Shown: in pieces, positions 1-9,347 of the stretch
Numbering within the stretch: the first letter of the stretch is position 1
Layout of the letters: each line of letters starts with the position of its first letter
DNA from: a virus
Lineage: Duplodnaviria > Caudoviricetes
Virus record (IMG/VR): IMGVR_UViG_3300006029_000081
Span: 1 to 25,311 of that record
Length of the DNA stretch: 25,311 bases
Strand: one strand, 5' to 3'
Program-made: the position numbers and the translations under genes
The notes under the pieces: model-generated
Databases searched by the model: none
Told to the model about the DNA's origin: nothing
The model's input: only the letters and a program-made list of their open reading frames with translations

Positions 1-996
1 TTTCTCGTAATTTTCTATAAATAAATCATCTTTAATTTGCAACTCTGCTTCTTTTGCAGTTTTTCTTACATTGGCTAATTCTTCTAATCGCTCTCTAGCA
101 AGTTTTATAATTTCATCTTTATCTTCAGTGGTTGCAAGACCTTGCGCTTCTAGTATGTCATTAAATTGATCATAGTCTCCAGTATAAAACGCCGTAATGT
201 TTTTTGTTGATATTAAATTATTTGCAATTTCAGATTTGATTGCATCTTGTACATTTTTTTCAAACTTGGTTACATTTGCTGCATAAGTACTAGGATTTCT
301 TCTAAACATAGCATAAGCATTAGATCTTCTTTCTGACACCAAAAGAGCAAAAGATGCCGGATCTGTAACGGTAGTCATGAGATTGCCGATGTATTGGTTA
401 ACAAATTCTAAAGTAGCAACTGATTTTACTTCATTATCAGCTTTAGTTTTTTCTGCTATTAAAGTACTAGCTTTGTTGATAGTTTGTGTGCCAATAGTTG
501 ATGCAGCAGCTTGAAACTTAATGGCCCTGTCAGGATCTATTTTACTTATAACATTTGCATAACCTTGTATGTTAGAATTAATATCAACAATTAGTTGATC
601 TAGGTTAATGTTTTCATCTGTTTTAATTCTTTCGTTAATGTTGTAAAATTTAATCTGAATATCATTTAATAAATCTTGTTCTAATAAAGCACCTTGAGAT
701 GCTCTTGCTGACGCACTAAAAACCGTATCACCTTCTTCAAACAATTGATTTACATCTAACCCAGTATCTATAGCATCCTGCAGCTGTTCTAAGGTAACTT
801 TATTTTGTACTCCATACAACTTACCCTCTTTTTCTGCTTTAGTTGCAAGTTTTTCAAATGCTATGTCAGAGATTTTATCTAACCTAACCTCAAGAGCTTG
901 TGCTGCTCTTATACTTTCTCTTGACGCAGCAAAATCTAAAGGAGACTGCTGATCTAATGTAATACCTCTTCTTCTATATCTAGGGTCTTGTGCCAT
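1..996 (-). CDS. Internal virion (ejection) protein, N-terminal part; truncated by window edge
   Basis: Not in ORF track. ATG at 996, own translation MAQDPRYRRRGITLDQQSPLDF... open to position 1; helical, Ala/Glu/Lys-rich; follows tail tube genes as T7 gp15 does. Confidence 0.75.
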   Translation of the reverse strand, partial: MAQDPRYRRRGITLDQQSPLDFAASRESIRAAQALEVRLDKISDIAFEKLATKAEKEGKLYGVQNKVTLEQLQDAIDTGLDVNQLFEEGDTVFSASARASQGALLEQDLLNDIQIKFYNINERIKTDENINLDQLIVDINSNIQGYANVISKIDPDRAIKFQAAASTIGTQTINKASTLIAEKTKADNEVKSVATLEFVNQYIGNLMTTVTDPASFALLVSERRSNAYAMFRRNPSTYAANVTKFEKNVQDAIKSEIANNLISTKNITAFYTGDYDQFNDILEAQGLATTEDKDEIIKLARERLEELANVRKTAKEAELQIKDDLFIENYEK

Positions 997-1006
997 ATAT
1001 AATTAC

Positions 1007-1525
1007 CTATCCGATAGCGGAAGTATCTCCGCCAATATCAAAATATGAACTAGGTCTTGTTGCTACTTTTTCTCGAGCAGAACCAATCATTTTATATCTG
1101 TACCCAGCTTCTGCTAACTTTGAGCCTGCACTTAATAAGCCACTACGGTACGCAGTATCACCAGCATTACCATAAATTTGTGCTTGAGTTCCTCCAGCTA
1201 ACAAAGCATTTTCTGCATTTTTAATATCTCTCATAAAATCTCTACCTGCATTAGTTCTGCTAATAGTATTTACTAAAGCAGTAGATCCTTCAAATGCAAC
1301 TACACCACCAGCATATCCTCTAGTAAGGTTAGCTGAAATTTTTTCATTTAATGTTCTTAATGTTTCATTAGCGCGCTCTTCGTATTGCAAGGCTTTTCTT
1401 TCACTCTCAGCTCTTGTTTGCTCTGCTTGTAACTTATACATAGCTTTTTGATCTCTAGCTTGAGTATATGATTGATATGCCCCTAAGGCAGAACTTGCTA
1501 CTGTTAATGCTACGGTCCAACTCAT
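1007..1525 (-). CDS. Small internal virion protein (T7 gp14-like position)
   Basis: Hydrophobic Ala/Ser N-terminus, Ala/Gly/Gln-rich helical body, directly after tail tubular B. Confidence 0.7.
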   Translation of the reverse strand: MSWTVALTVASSALGAYQSYTQARDQKAMYKLQAEQTRAESERKALQYEERANETLRTLNEKISANLTRGYAGGVVAFEGSTALVNTISRTNAGRDFMRDIKNAENALLAGGTQAQIYGNAGDTAYRSGLLSAGSKLAEAGYRYKMIGSAREKVATRPSSYFDIGGDTSAIG

Positions 1526-1527
1526 AG

Positions 1528-3480
1528 TTATGTTCCTTGATGTACTGACACTTTATATTCTAATCCTAACAAAGTAAATTTTAATGGAGCAGATTGTGTA
1601 ACTGTAATTTGACCATTATTACTATAGCCAAGTATACCATGCAATGACTTAGTTCCTGTAAATTCAGGGACTACTGTATCTAATGCTCCACTACCTAATG
1701 ACCTAATTGCAATAGGGTTGTCATTAATAACAATGTTTTGCGTTTTAAGAAGCAATGCATTTACTTCAATAATTCTTTTTCTAAAACCAATCCTAGTTCC
1801 TGATGATATTTTTAGATCTAAAGGCATAGTTTTTACCTCAAGCGCAATAGGCAGTCCAACCTCAGATGACGTTGCTGGTGGATTTACAAAAGTAACTGCT
1901 GCGTCTGCTACTTGATTTGCCTCAACGTAACCATCTGATAACACATTTACTGTAGCTCCACCTATATGAGACATATCTAAACTAGTAGCAGTAGTACCTT
2001 TTACTGCAGAATCAGTAAGAAATGTAGTATCAAAAACCTCTACATAATATTTATCAGAACCGCTATCAGCTCGCTTAACAACTGTATATATGTCTGTAAT
2101 ATCTACCCCTACATCAATATAAGATCCGACTGTAGTAAATTCACTAGGAGCTATAACATTTTGTGATCGTAATAAAGAAAATACAGCCATAGACCCATCA
2201 TCGCCATTTACCATAAGTAATAAATCGTTTTCGTCTGTAGCAACTGCACGTCTAATATCCATGCGAGTAGGGCTTTTTAGTAAATGACCTGCAAGCAAAG
2301 AAATCTTAGATGATAAATACGTTAATTGTGTATCTGAGAATGCTATTTCTGATAAAGACTTACCTTGCCTTTGTACAAATAATATGCCTGATTCTAACTG
2401 TTTTACCCTTATTCCTTCTTTAGATCCATTTCTTGATGCTGTAGAAAAGAAAAAGTCTGTTGGTGTTATTGGGCTTAACCCTTCCTGAGGAACAAAGAAT
2501 TCTGCTCCTGAAGTAAAAACCTGTAAATTTCTACCAGAAATAATATCGGTAATAGCATTAAAAGTATTGGTATCGAGAGTAGCTTCAACAGCATCATCAT
2601 CTAATCCCTCTACTGGTTCAAAATCAAAAAACAATCCTACCTTAGAACCCCATACAGTTGATGGTCTTGATTTACTGCCACCAAAATATAAACGTCCTTG
2701 ATGAAAGGTAACTGATCTTGGGTATCCACGAGTAGCTGACCACACTGATTCATATCCTGTTTCTAGCTCCCAATCAGCATTAGCAATTTGTGATGTATCA
2801 AAAAACGGAAACTCTGTAACTACGTTTACTTTAGTTGCTGAAACAAGCTCTACAATTCTTGCGCGCCCTTGTGGTTGCACATTAATATATTGGCCTACAT
2901 GGGCAGCAGTAAATATAGAATGTTGAGAAGTTAATTCTACCTTTCCTGTTACAGCGCTTGGAGTTAAATGACCAGCAGAGCTAGTATCAAAAATAACAAT
3001 AGTATAAGCATGTCTTGGCACAGAATTAAATGTAATAGTGCTAATTGTCCAATCTGTATCAGATGCACCACGCACTATTTTTACAGGAGGATTATCTTCA
3101 TGCACTACAATTAATGTATCAGCAGATTGTGTCCAGCACATATTAGCTAACAATGCACTGGTTATATTAGTACCTGACTCTGTATGTACTAATGCTTTGT
3201 TTTTGTATACAAACATAGTATCGTTTGTAAAACACAACATATAACTATCGTTTACAGAAAATTCAAATGGTACTAAACGCACACCATTGGCAGGCGTTCC
3301 TGTTAATTCATTAATAAATTTAGTTCCGGGTCTACGAGTAACGCCACCTTGTGGTTGACATATAACATTCTTTGCAGTCTCAACTGCATTGTCATATGCT
3401 TTTAAATCAACACGAGACCTCAGTAAAGGATCTAGCTCTCCTGAAGTAAAGTTTGTTTGTATATTTACAAACCTAGCCAT
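1528..3480 (-). CDS. Tail tubular protein B (nozzle, T7 gp12/P22 gp10-like)
   Basis: N-terminal QTNFTSGELDP..RVD, QGGVTRRPGT and YPRSVTFHQGRLYFGG motifs; beta-rich 650 aa; synteny. Confidence 0.9.
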   Translation of the reverse strand: MARFVNIQTNFTSGELDPLLRSRVDLKAYDNAVETAKNVICQPQGGVTRRPGTKFINELTGTPANGVRLVPFEFSVNDSYMLCFTNDTMFVYKNKALVHTESGTNITSALLANMCWTQSADTLIVVHEDNPPVKIVRGASDTDWTISTITFNSVPRHAYTIVIFDTSSAGHLTPSAVTGKVELTSQHSIFTAAHVGQYINVQPQGRARIVELVSATKVNVVTEFPFFDTSQIANADWELETGYESVWSATRGYPRSVTFHQGRLYFGGSKSRPSTVWGSKVGLFFDFEPVEGLDDDAVEATLDTNTFNAITDIISGRNLQVFTSGAEFFVPQEGLSPITPTDFFFSTASRNGSKEGIRVKQLESGILFVQRQGKSLSEIAFSDTQLTYLSSKISLLAGHLLKSPTRMDIRRAVATDENDLLLMVNGDDGSMAVFSLLRSQNVIAPSEFTTVGSYIDVGVDITDIYTVVKRADSGSDKYYVEVFDTTFLTDSAVKGTTATSLDMSHIGGATVNVLSDGYVEANQVADAAVTFVNPPATSSEVGLPIALEVKTMPLDLKISSGTRIGFRKRIIEVNALLLKTQNIVINDNPIAIRSLGSGALDTVVPEFTGTKSLHGILGYSNNGQITVTQSAPLKFTLLGLEYKVSVHQGT

Positions 3481-4094
3481 TAATACCTCACATTAATTAA
3501 TGAGAAATCCTGTATTGCATTAGTTGGCTTACCTTGCCCATCTATAGTCATAGCCTGACGCATATATCCACCACGACCATTTTCTCCCGGAGTTCCCTCT
3601 GCTACAATTTTCCAATATTCTAATTTTTCATTTTGATCCGTAATAGGCATAGCTAAATGCCAAGCCATTTGATACTTTAATAATTGAACAAAATAACTAG
3701 GTAAAGCAAATTCCGGTACATTAAATTGATAATCAACAAAAACTTTTTCATAGTCTGTTAATATTTTATCTCCAAACAATCTATACTCACGCATTCTTGC
3801 AGAGCCTACAGTGCCTTCGTTGTATAATGCTGAAGGAACACCTACCATGTCAGATGGTAATTGATATTCATATTTGTATTCATTAGTTGGAGTAGTAATC
3901 AGTCTTGCAAGTTGTACTTTTTTTGATGAAAAAGACCAAGGGTAATTAGTAATAACTTTTATTTTTATATCAGAATAGAGACTAGCACAAATATTAGATT
4001 CATCTGTCCCTTCTGTAAAAGACGATATAGGATTTGCACCTAACATAATTAATGCATCAGAACATATTTTTATATCGGTATCACCAGTTGCCAT
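3480..4094 (-). CDS. Tail tubular protein A (adaptor, T7 gp11-like)
   Basis: ICSDALIMLGANPISS, YPWSFS, YEYQLPSD motifs; 204 aa; between capsid and tube B. Confidence 0.88.
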   Translation of the reverse strand: MATGDTDIKICSDALIMLGANPISSFTEGTDESNICASLYSDIKIKVITNYPWSFSSKKVQLARLITTPTNEYKYEYQLPSDMVGVPSALYNEGTVGSARMREYRLFGDKILTDYEKVFVDYQFNVPEFALPSYFVQLLKYQMAWHLAMPITDQNEKLEYWKIVAEGTPGENGRGGYMRQAMTIDGQGKPTNAIQDFSLINVRY

Positions 4095-4114
4095 TTATCT
4101 TTCTCCAGATATGC

Positions 4115-4141
4115 AAATAGGTAGAGGCCGAAGCCCCTACC
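4115..4141 (-). terminator. Hairpin terminator/attenuator after capsid genes
   Basis: Minus strand GGTAGGGGC-TTCG-GCCTCTACC (9 bp, one G-U, cUUCGg loop) then TATTT; same position as T7 T-phi. Confidence 0.75.
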
Positions 4142-4164
4142 AAATGCACGATTATCACTACAAA

Positions 4165-4437
4165 CTAAGCTACAGAAATATCTGTACCTGCTGACACATC
4201 TACAACGCCTGCTGCACTGTTGCTTAACACAACGTGCATAGTAGCGCTGACAGTAGAGTCAGTTTTGTATGCGAAAATTAAGTCACCAACTTTTAATAAA
4301 GATGATGCGCTATTAAAATAACCAGATGCTGCTACTGTTGCCTTTGCATCTGTACTTGAGTAAGTCCACATTTGAGGAGCTGTACCCGCTTTAGATTGTG
4401 CGCCAGCTGGCGACAATTTGGTTACATCATAAGCCAT
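4165..4437 (-). CDS. Putative capsid decoration/minor capsid protein
   Basis: 90 aa Ala/Ser-rich beta protein immediately after capsid gene, strong SD AAGGAG, upstream of the terminator. Confidence 0.6.
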   Translation of the reverse strand: MAYDVTKLSPAGAQSKAGTAPQMWTYSSTDAKATVAASGYFNSASSLLKVGDLIFAYKTDSTVSATMHVVLSNSAAGVVDVSAGTDISVA

Positions 4438-4454
4438 GTAGTTCTCTCCTTAAA

Positions 4455-5282
4455 TTAAGATTCGTTTGCTTGAACTTCAACAATACCTTCGCCATCAATA
4501 GCAATTGAGCAAGCTGAAAGCATTGCATTTACTAAGTGTGATGTTTTTTCAGGTACATAGTTGATTTCAGTTTTAGGACCAATGCCTTCGCCATAGCCGA
4601 TAGCAGTTTTATGAAATGCTAGGCAAGAACGAATACTTGAGCCATCAATAGAAATACCACCTTCAGTACGATCACCTAAAGTATGGAATTTAAATCCTAA
4701 GAATGTATCAAGTTCACCAGACACTAACGCACGTACTGTATTGAAATCAGCAGATGTTACTGATGTTTCGCTAAGTAAGTTTGATAGGTTATTTGCATGA
4801 ATAATCATGTGTCTATCTTCTGGTGGTACATTGTTTGTGTCCATTGTTTTCTTAGTGTCACGAAGTTTAGCCACTGTAAGGTTTGTACCGCCATGAGCGA
4901 CTGTAGAACCTTTACCTGCTAAAAGTGCATCAAGAATAAGTTGATCTTGACGACGACCAATAGCGTTCGATACAACTTGAACTAACTCTTGTCTTTCTTC
5001 AAAATTAACTTTTTGTTGCATAAAGATGTCTGAATACTCAGCAGCGTTCCAATCTTGCATTGTTGCAGTAACTTGTGAGAAATCAGTATTCAATGGCACA
5101 ACGTCAGTTTGTGGTACACGTAGTGTAGCCACGCCTTTCCCAACTTTCGGGAATTTTACTATATTGCCTTCAACGCCTCGTCTTTGTCTTGTAGCTTCTA
5201 CAAGAGCAGCTTTACCTTGGTAAGCCTGTTTAACTTCGGCATCAAAGAGCGTAACAAATGCGGGGGATAATCCAATCGACAT
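4455..5282 (-). CDS. Major capsid protein
   Basis: FVTLFDAEVKQAYQ, AIGRRQDQLI, VRALVSGELDTFLGFKF motifs; follows scaffold; strong SD TAAGGAG with A/T-rich enhancer. Confidence 0.92.
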   Translation of the reverse strand: MSIGLSPAFVTLFDAEVKQAYQGKAALVEATRQRRGVEGNIVKFPKVGKGVATLRVPQTDVVPLNTDFSQVTATMQDWNAAEYSDIFMQQKVNFEERQELVQVVSNAIGRRQDQLILDALLAGKGSTVAHGGTNLTVAKLRDTKKTMDTNNVPPEDRHMIIHANNLSNLLSETSVTSADFNTVRALVSGELDTFLGFKFHTLGDRTEGGISIDGSSIRSCLAFHKTAIGYGEGIGPKTEINYVPEKTSHLVNAMLSACSIAIDGEGIVEVQANES

Positions 5283-5320
5283 TTATTTTCTCCTTAGAAA
5301 TTAATAAATAAAAAATTAAT

Positions 5321-5422
5321 CGCTTTGGTATGCCAGAGATTCTGGGCCGGTGCTTGCTACTTACGATAGCCATACGACAAGGTTACTTGTGTTAAAGGGT
5401 TGCAGAATTGCAATAAGCCTTA
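5321..5422 (-). ncRNA. Candidate structured cis-regulatory 5' leader of capsid mRNA
   Basis: Four adjacent hairpins plus GUAUG/CAUAC closing helix in the 175-bp scaffold-capsid gap. Confidence 0.5.
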
Positions 5423-5428
5423 CCAGCT

Positions 5429-5457
5429 ATCCTACCACAGATAAGGCTTTTGAGCAA
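5429..5457 (-). promoter_or_regulatory. Sigma70-type promoter for capsid gene
   Basis: TTGCTC-17 nt-TAGGAT with extended -10 TGn; -10 box flanked by 8-bp inverted repeat AAGCCTTA/TAAGGCTT. Confidence 0.55.
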
Positions 5458-6267
5458 CTATCCAGTAAAGTTTTGGGCGAATGCCTTTTCTACCTTGGCT
5501 CGGTAGACTGGATCTGTTTTGTATTTTTCATCACCGACCATAGCATAAAGTTCTTCTTTGGTTGGCGCACCTTCTACAGGTACTGTTTCTATAGGCAATC
5601 TACCTTCATATGATTGTCGTATTTTTTCAATAACAGAAATGCCTTGCGCAGTTCCTGCCATAAATTTAAACTCTTCATAATCATCTTTGCTAAGAATTCC
5701 TTTTTGTACTAAACCGTTACCCCATTTAGCTAAACCGTTAATTCTAGCATCAGCATTAGGACCTAAAGATTTTTTTTCTTGCTCTATATTTATCCTTGTT
5801 GATTCAACTTGTTCTTGAGACATACCTACTACCTCACTAACTAAAGAATCTAATGCTGCTTGACTAATACTGTTTTCTTTTGCCCATTCAACAACATGTT
5901 GTCTAACAGGATCATCCTCAGGAGTTTCACCAAATACTTCAGTGTTATAGTTTCCATCCTTAGGTGCTTTGTGATTTCCAGATGATATTTGTTTGCGCAA
6001 ATCCATCCAAGATTTAGCAATACCTTCTAAGTCAGGCTCTGCTCCATCTTTACTCCAAAAGTTTTCAGGCCACCACTCTGGTCTTTCTAATGGTTCATCA
6101 TCATCATCTTCTAACTCTCCTTGAGCTTTTAACATCTCAGGATCACGATGATCAATTTCTGTTTCTTTTGGATCTGTACTAACTTCCTCTTCTAATGTTG
6201 CATCGTCGAGTAGGCCAGTCGATTCTTGAGTTTCCTCAGTTGTACTAGGCTCGATTGCTTCTTCCAT
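5458..6267 (-). CDS. Capsid assembly scaffolding protein
   Basis: Highly acidic N-terminus, RPEWWPENFW, C-terminal DEKYKTDPVYRAKVEK; directly upstream of capsid. Confidence 0.85.
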   Translation of the reverse strand: MEEAIEPSTTEETQESTGLLDDATLEEEVSTDPKETEIDHRDPEMLKAQGELEDDDDEPLERPEWWPENFWSKDGAEPDLEGIAKSWMDLRKQISSGNHKAPKDGNYNTEVFGETPEDDPVRQHVVEWAKENSISQAALDSLVSEVVGMSQEQVESTRINIEQEKKSLGPNADARINGLAKWGNGLVQKGILSKDDYEEFKFMAGTAQGISVIEKIRQSYEGRLPIETVPVEGAPTKEELYAMVGDEKYKTDPVYRAKVEKAFAQNFTG

Positions 6268-6530
6268 TATAATTTCCTTGCTCTAATTATCCTTGCTTCT
6301 AAATCTCTAATTATTGAATTTTGCCCTTCTCGATAAAACGCATAACTAGAGTCGCTACCCGGCAAGGCTACGGGTTGCTCTAAGATAGTTTGGCGTAGCC
6401 ATTCCATCATTTTTATTCCATCTTTACTACCAAATACTCTTAAACATAATCGGTCTGTATCATCTTTTTTTTGTTTAACATCACGCACATCAAGCGGTAA
6501 TGCTTGTTCTAAGTCATCCCATCCAGCCAT
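6267..6530 (-). CDS. Bbp19-like small phage protein
   Basis: VFGSKDGIKMMEWL...AFYREGQNSII pattern typical of the gene between portal and scaffold in BPP-1-like phages. Confidence 0.7.
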   Translation of the reverse strand: MAGWDDLEQALPLDVRDVKQKKDDTDRLCLRVFGSKDGIKMMEWLRQTILEQPVALPGSDSSYAFYREGQNSIIRDLEARIIRARKL

Positions 6531-6531
6531 G

Positions 6532-6861
6532 TTATTCTCCTATTTCTGCATCTTGCATTAATGGTCTATTAGACCTGGGGTTATTAGGAACTGAAAAATA
6601 TCTATTACCTTTTTTTATAACTTTAAAGCCTCTTGCTACTTCACCTTGTATAGCTTTATCCCAAGACTCATGTTTTTTTCCTTTTACCAGAATATAACTT
6701 TCTCTAGGTAAATTGTATTTCTTTCTTTCTTCTTCTGTTGTTGGAGCTACAGAACCCCAATGCCCTTTATTTTCTTTTGTGCCATCACCAGTAGGCCCCA
6801 TGCCAGCAGACTTTGCTCTGTCGTAATCATACCCTATACTTTCAGCATCAAACATTCCCAT
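6532..6861 (-). CDS. Hypothetical protein
   Basis: 109 aa ORF coupled by stop/start overlap to the upstream gene. Confidence 0.75.
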   Translation of the reverse strand: MGMFDAESIGYDYDRAKSAGMGPTGDGTKENKGHWGSVAPTTEEERKKYNLPRESYILVKGKKHESWDKAIQGEVARGFKVIKKGNRYFSVPNNPRSNRPLMQDAEIGE

Positions 6862-7199
6862 TATTTTCTTGTCCCTATTATATTTGGATTTGTCATCATT
6901 GAATTGTCGTCTTCAGGATTTTTAAAAGGTGATTTACCTTGCTTTATTCTCATTTTGGCATGATCAATAGCCTTTTTTACCATAGCTGCAGTAGGTTGCT
7001 GTTTATTTAAAATTCTATTTAATTCTGCTTTTGTAGTAGATGGAACAATCATAGGTATCTCTACCTCTTTGCCATCTATACCATATCCTACAGAATGTTC
7101 GGTTACTTTTTTGCCTTCTTTATTAATATGAACACCCTTCCAACCTGAATACTTTTTTCCATCAGCAGGGTTATGTCTTGGCCCATAATCTTCTTCCAT
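6861..7199 (-). CDS. Hypothetical protein
   Basis: 112 aa ORF, SD AAGGA, in operon directly after portal. Confidence 0.75.
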   Translation of the reverse strand: MEEDYGPRHNPADGKKYSGWKGVHINKEGKKVTEHSVGYGIDGKEVEIPMIVPSTTKAELNRILNKQQPTAAMVKKAIDHAKMRIKQGKSPFKNPEDDNSMMTNPNIIGTRK

Positions 7200-7202
7200 A
7201 AT

Positions 7203-8780
7203 TTATCCTTGTTGATCTAGCATTTGTTCAGCCATTTCGCCTGCAGCTTCTGGATTTTGTTGCGCTGCTTGCTGTGCTACTGCTGCCATCTGTTGTTGCA
7301 TTAATTGTCTTTCTTCTGGAGTGGTTCTAATTTTTTGTGGTACTCCTAATTTGTCAGCAATGTAATCTAACATAACATCTGGTTTTATAGACATTTGCCC
7401 TTGAGGTCCAGCTTGTTGTGCTATTTGTGCATACTGCATAATTGCTTGTATTTCATCCATGTTTTGTGCCATAGCCAATGGTGACACTGGAGAAATCTTA
7501 ACTTCCAAACCATTAACTTTTAGCGGTAAGTCTATTATGCCACGTTGATCCATAACCTGCAGCATTTTGCTTACTAGAGGTATCATTGTTTCATTAATTA
7601 ATCTTCCAAAAGCAGATCCTAAATTTTGTGACAACTCTTTCATACGCTCAATTACTTCTGTAGCACTACGCGCTGACATGTTGTCTGGTGGTAAAGATTC
7701 ATCTAGTAATGTTTTTTTAATATTAAGACGTAAATCATTAATAATAATTTGAGATACATTAAAGTCACCAGCTCTAGGTAAAGCTCGTAAAGATTCACCT
7801 TGTGGCCCGCCATTTCTTGCAACAGGGATAATAGCTCCGGGCATAATTTTAACTGTATTTGGATTTAATACCCCATCGTCTGCAGCAGTATATACACCAG
7901 TAATAGCTAATGATGCATTTTTTAATAACAACTCTAAGGTTTTATTTAATGTTTTTATATCAGGTAATGCAGTAATTAATGGTCCACGGCCATATGTTTC
8001 GCCAGAAACTTTTGCATATCTTGATACTACCCAAGGACTATAATCCATTCTTTTATAAAGTAGTTCTTTTTTAGATTCTTTATGAATGACATGATAGCAA
8101 TAATCTCCACGTTTTTGGTCTAAGATAGTTGCTTCAATTAAATCTACTTCTTCTGTAGGCTTCTGATTAATTTTATCTTGTAAGTCTTTTGGTATTTCAA
8201 TATCAGGCCATTGCGCTTGTATTGACTCACCTTTGATTCTCATTCGTCTATAAACATTATCTACTTGACCATTAGCCCCTTCTTCTATAGATACTAAATA
8301 TTGTGGAACTGGTGTAAAGTTTATTGGGTTTATATCATCTCCGGGCTGCACCATCATAACCGCAGTGCCTACTGATAGATCTAACAAAAACTCACCAATA
8401 GCTACATCAAAGTTAGATTGTTTTAATGAAGAAAATAACTTGTCATTAAAAATGTCTAATGCTGCTTGAGCATCACTTATTCTATCTTCTGGAATGTCTG
8501 GTCCGGGTTCTAGGCGACACCACTTTCTTTGTGGAGGGAATATGCCTGATTGCATTCTGTTAGCAAACCTTTGAGTAGAGCTAATAGCAGTAGAATCAAA
8601 CACACGATTCATTTTTTTGCTACCACCTATCTTACCATCATAGTGGCCATCATAAAGATTTCTTTGAGGTAGAGCAAACTCGTAGCATTCTTCATACAAG
8701 TCCCTAAAGTCATCTTTTTTTCTTAATGCTAAATCATGTCTTTTTAAAACATCTGCTGCGCTTAATCTCATCATTTCCAT
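7203..8780 (-). CDS. Portal (head-tail connector) protein
   Basis: VFDSTA, GETYGRGP, RSATEV..R..E, LGSAFGRL..E motifs of T7 gp8-type portals; Gln-rich C-terminus. Confidence 0.95.
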   Translation of the reverse strand: MEMMRLSAADVLKRHDLALRKKDDFRDLYEECYEFALPQRNLYDGHYDGKIGGSKKMNRVFDSTAISSTQRFANRMQSGIFPPQRKWCRLEPGPDIPEDRISDAQAALDIFNDKLFSSLKQSNFDVAIGEFLLDLSVGTAVMMVQPGDDINPINFTPVPQYLVSIEEGANGQVDNVYRRMRIKGESIQAQWPDIEIPKDLQDKINQKPTEEVDLIEATILDQKRGDYCYHVIHKESKKELLYKRMDYSPWVVSRYAKVSGETYGRGPLITALPDIKTLNKTLELLLKNASLAITGVYTAADDGVLNPNTVKIMPGAIIPVARNGGPQGESLRALPRAGDFNVSQIIINDLRLNIKKTLLDESLPPDNMSARSATEVIERMKELSQNLGSAFGRLINETMIPLVSKMLQVMDQRGIIDLPLKVNGLEVKISPVSPLAMAQNMDEIQAIMQYAQIAQQAGPQGQMSIKPDVMLDYIADKLGVPQKIRTTPEERQLMQQQMAAVAQQAAQQNPEAAGEMAEQMLDQQG

Positions 8781-8782
8781 AG

Positions 8783-9055
8783 TTATGCCTTTTTATTTTT
8801 TGCTGCAAAATTACGAGCAGCCTCTTTACTTCCAAAGCCCCACTTCTTTAATGCAAGTTTTAATCTAGTTGGTCTGCCTTTTGAATCTTTTAAAGGGCCA
8901 GCCATCCCCCCAAAACGAGCAGCAAAAGACACACGCCTGCCGTCACTCCCAGTCCTTTGGGGGCGTTTAAGATTTGAACCTTCAGTTCTTTTAAAAAATT
9001 CACGACCTTTTTCATTGAGTCCTCCACTTGGGTTTTGATGTTTCTTTGCTACCAT
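8783..9055 (-). CDS. Small basic conserved phage protein
   Basis: HQNPSGGLNEKGR...RRVSFAARFGGM...PTRLKLALKKWG; Lys/Arg-rich. Confidence 0.75.
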   Translation of the reverse strand: MVAKKHQNPSGGLNEKGREFFKRTEGSNLKRPQRTGSDGRRVSFAARFGGMAGPLKDSKGRPTRLKLALKKWGFGSKEAARNFAAKNKKA

Positions 9056-9198
9056 TATGCTGTTGTTTTTTTCTTTTTCTTAGGAAAACCAGCTACCATA
9101 TTTTTATATGCCTTGTCTGATATAGTAGATTTAGATTTAGGTCTGCTAGTACCAGCTTTCTTTCTTGCATTTATATTTGCATATAATCCTTTTCCCAT
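9055..9198 (-). CDS. Small basic protein, 47 aa
   Basis: Not in ORF track. MGKGLYANINARKKAGTSRPKSKSTISDKAYKNMVAGFPKKKKKTTA; SD AAGGAG; TAATG overlaps at both ends. Confidence 0.8.
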   Translation of the reverse strand: MGKGLYANINARKKAGTSRPKSKSTISDKAYKNMVAGFPKKKKKTTA

Positions 9199-9347
9199 TA
9201 TGCTACTCCTTTATTCATATTTTTTTGAATTGCATTAGACCTTTTGGTTTCATAAGAACTCATCTTTCCATCTTTGTTTAAATCGCCTTTTTTCTTTTTC
9301 ATTACTTTTTTAGCTTTTTTCTTCATGCCGATGTAATTATCTACCAT
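9198..9347 (-). CDS. Small basic protein, 49 aa, with EF-hand-like loop
   Basis: Not in ORF track. MVDNYIGMKKKAKKVMKKKKGDLNKDGKMSSYETKRSNAIQKNMNKGVA; fills the gap exactly; alternative start at 9326. Confidence 0.75.
   Translation of the reverse strand: MVDNYIGMKKKAKKVMKKKKGDLNKDGKMSSYETKRSNAIQKNMNKGVA

Noticed and set aside
4438-4480. T7 10B-like capsid frameshift
   Set aside because: No slippery heptamer at the capsid end; downstream gene has its own strong SD
990-9238. Short plus-strand ORFs (990, 1718, 3038, 5026, 5350, 6500, 6760, 7567, 9035)
   Set aside because: Antisense to well-supported structural genes, no recognisable motifs
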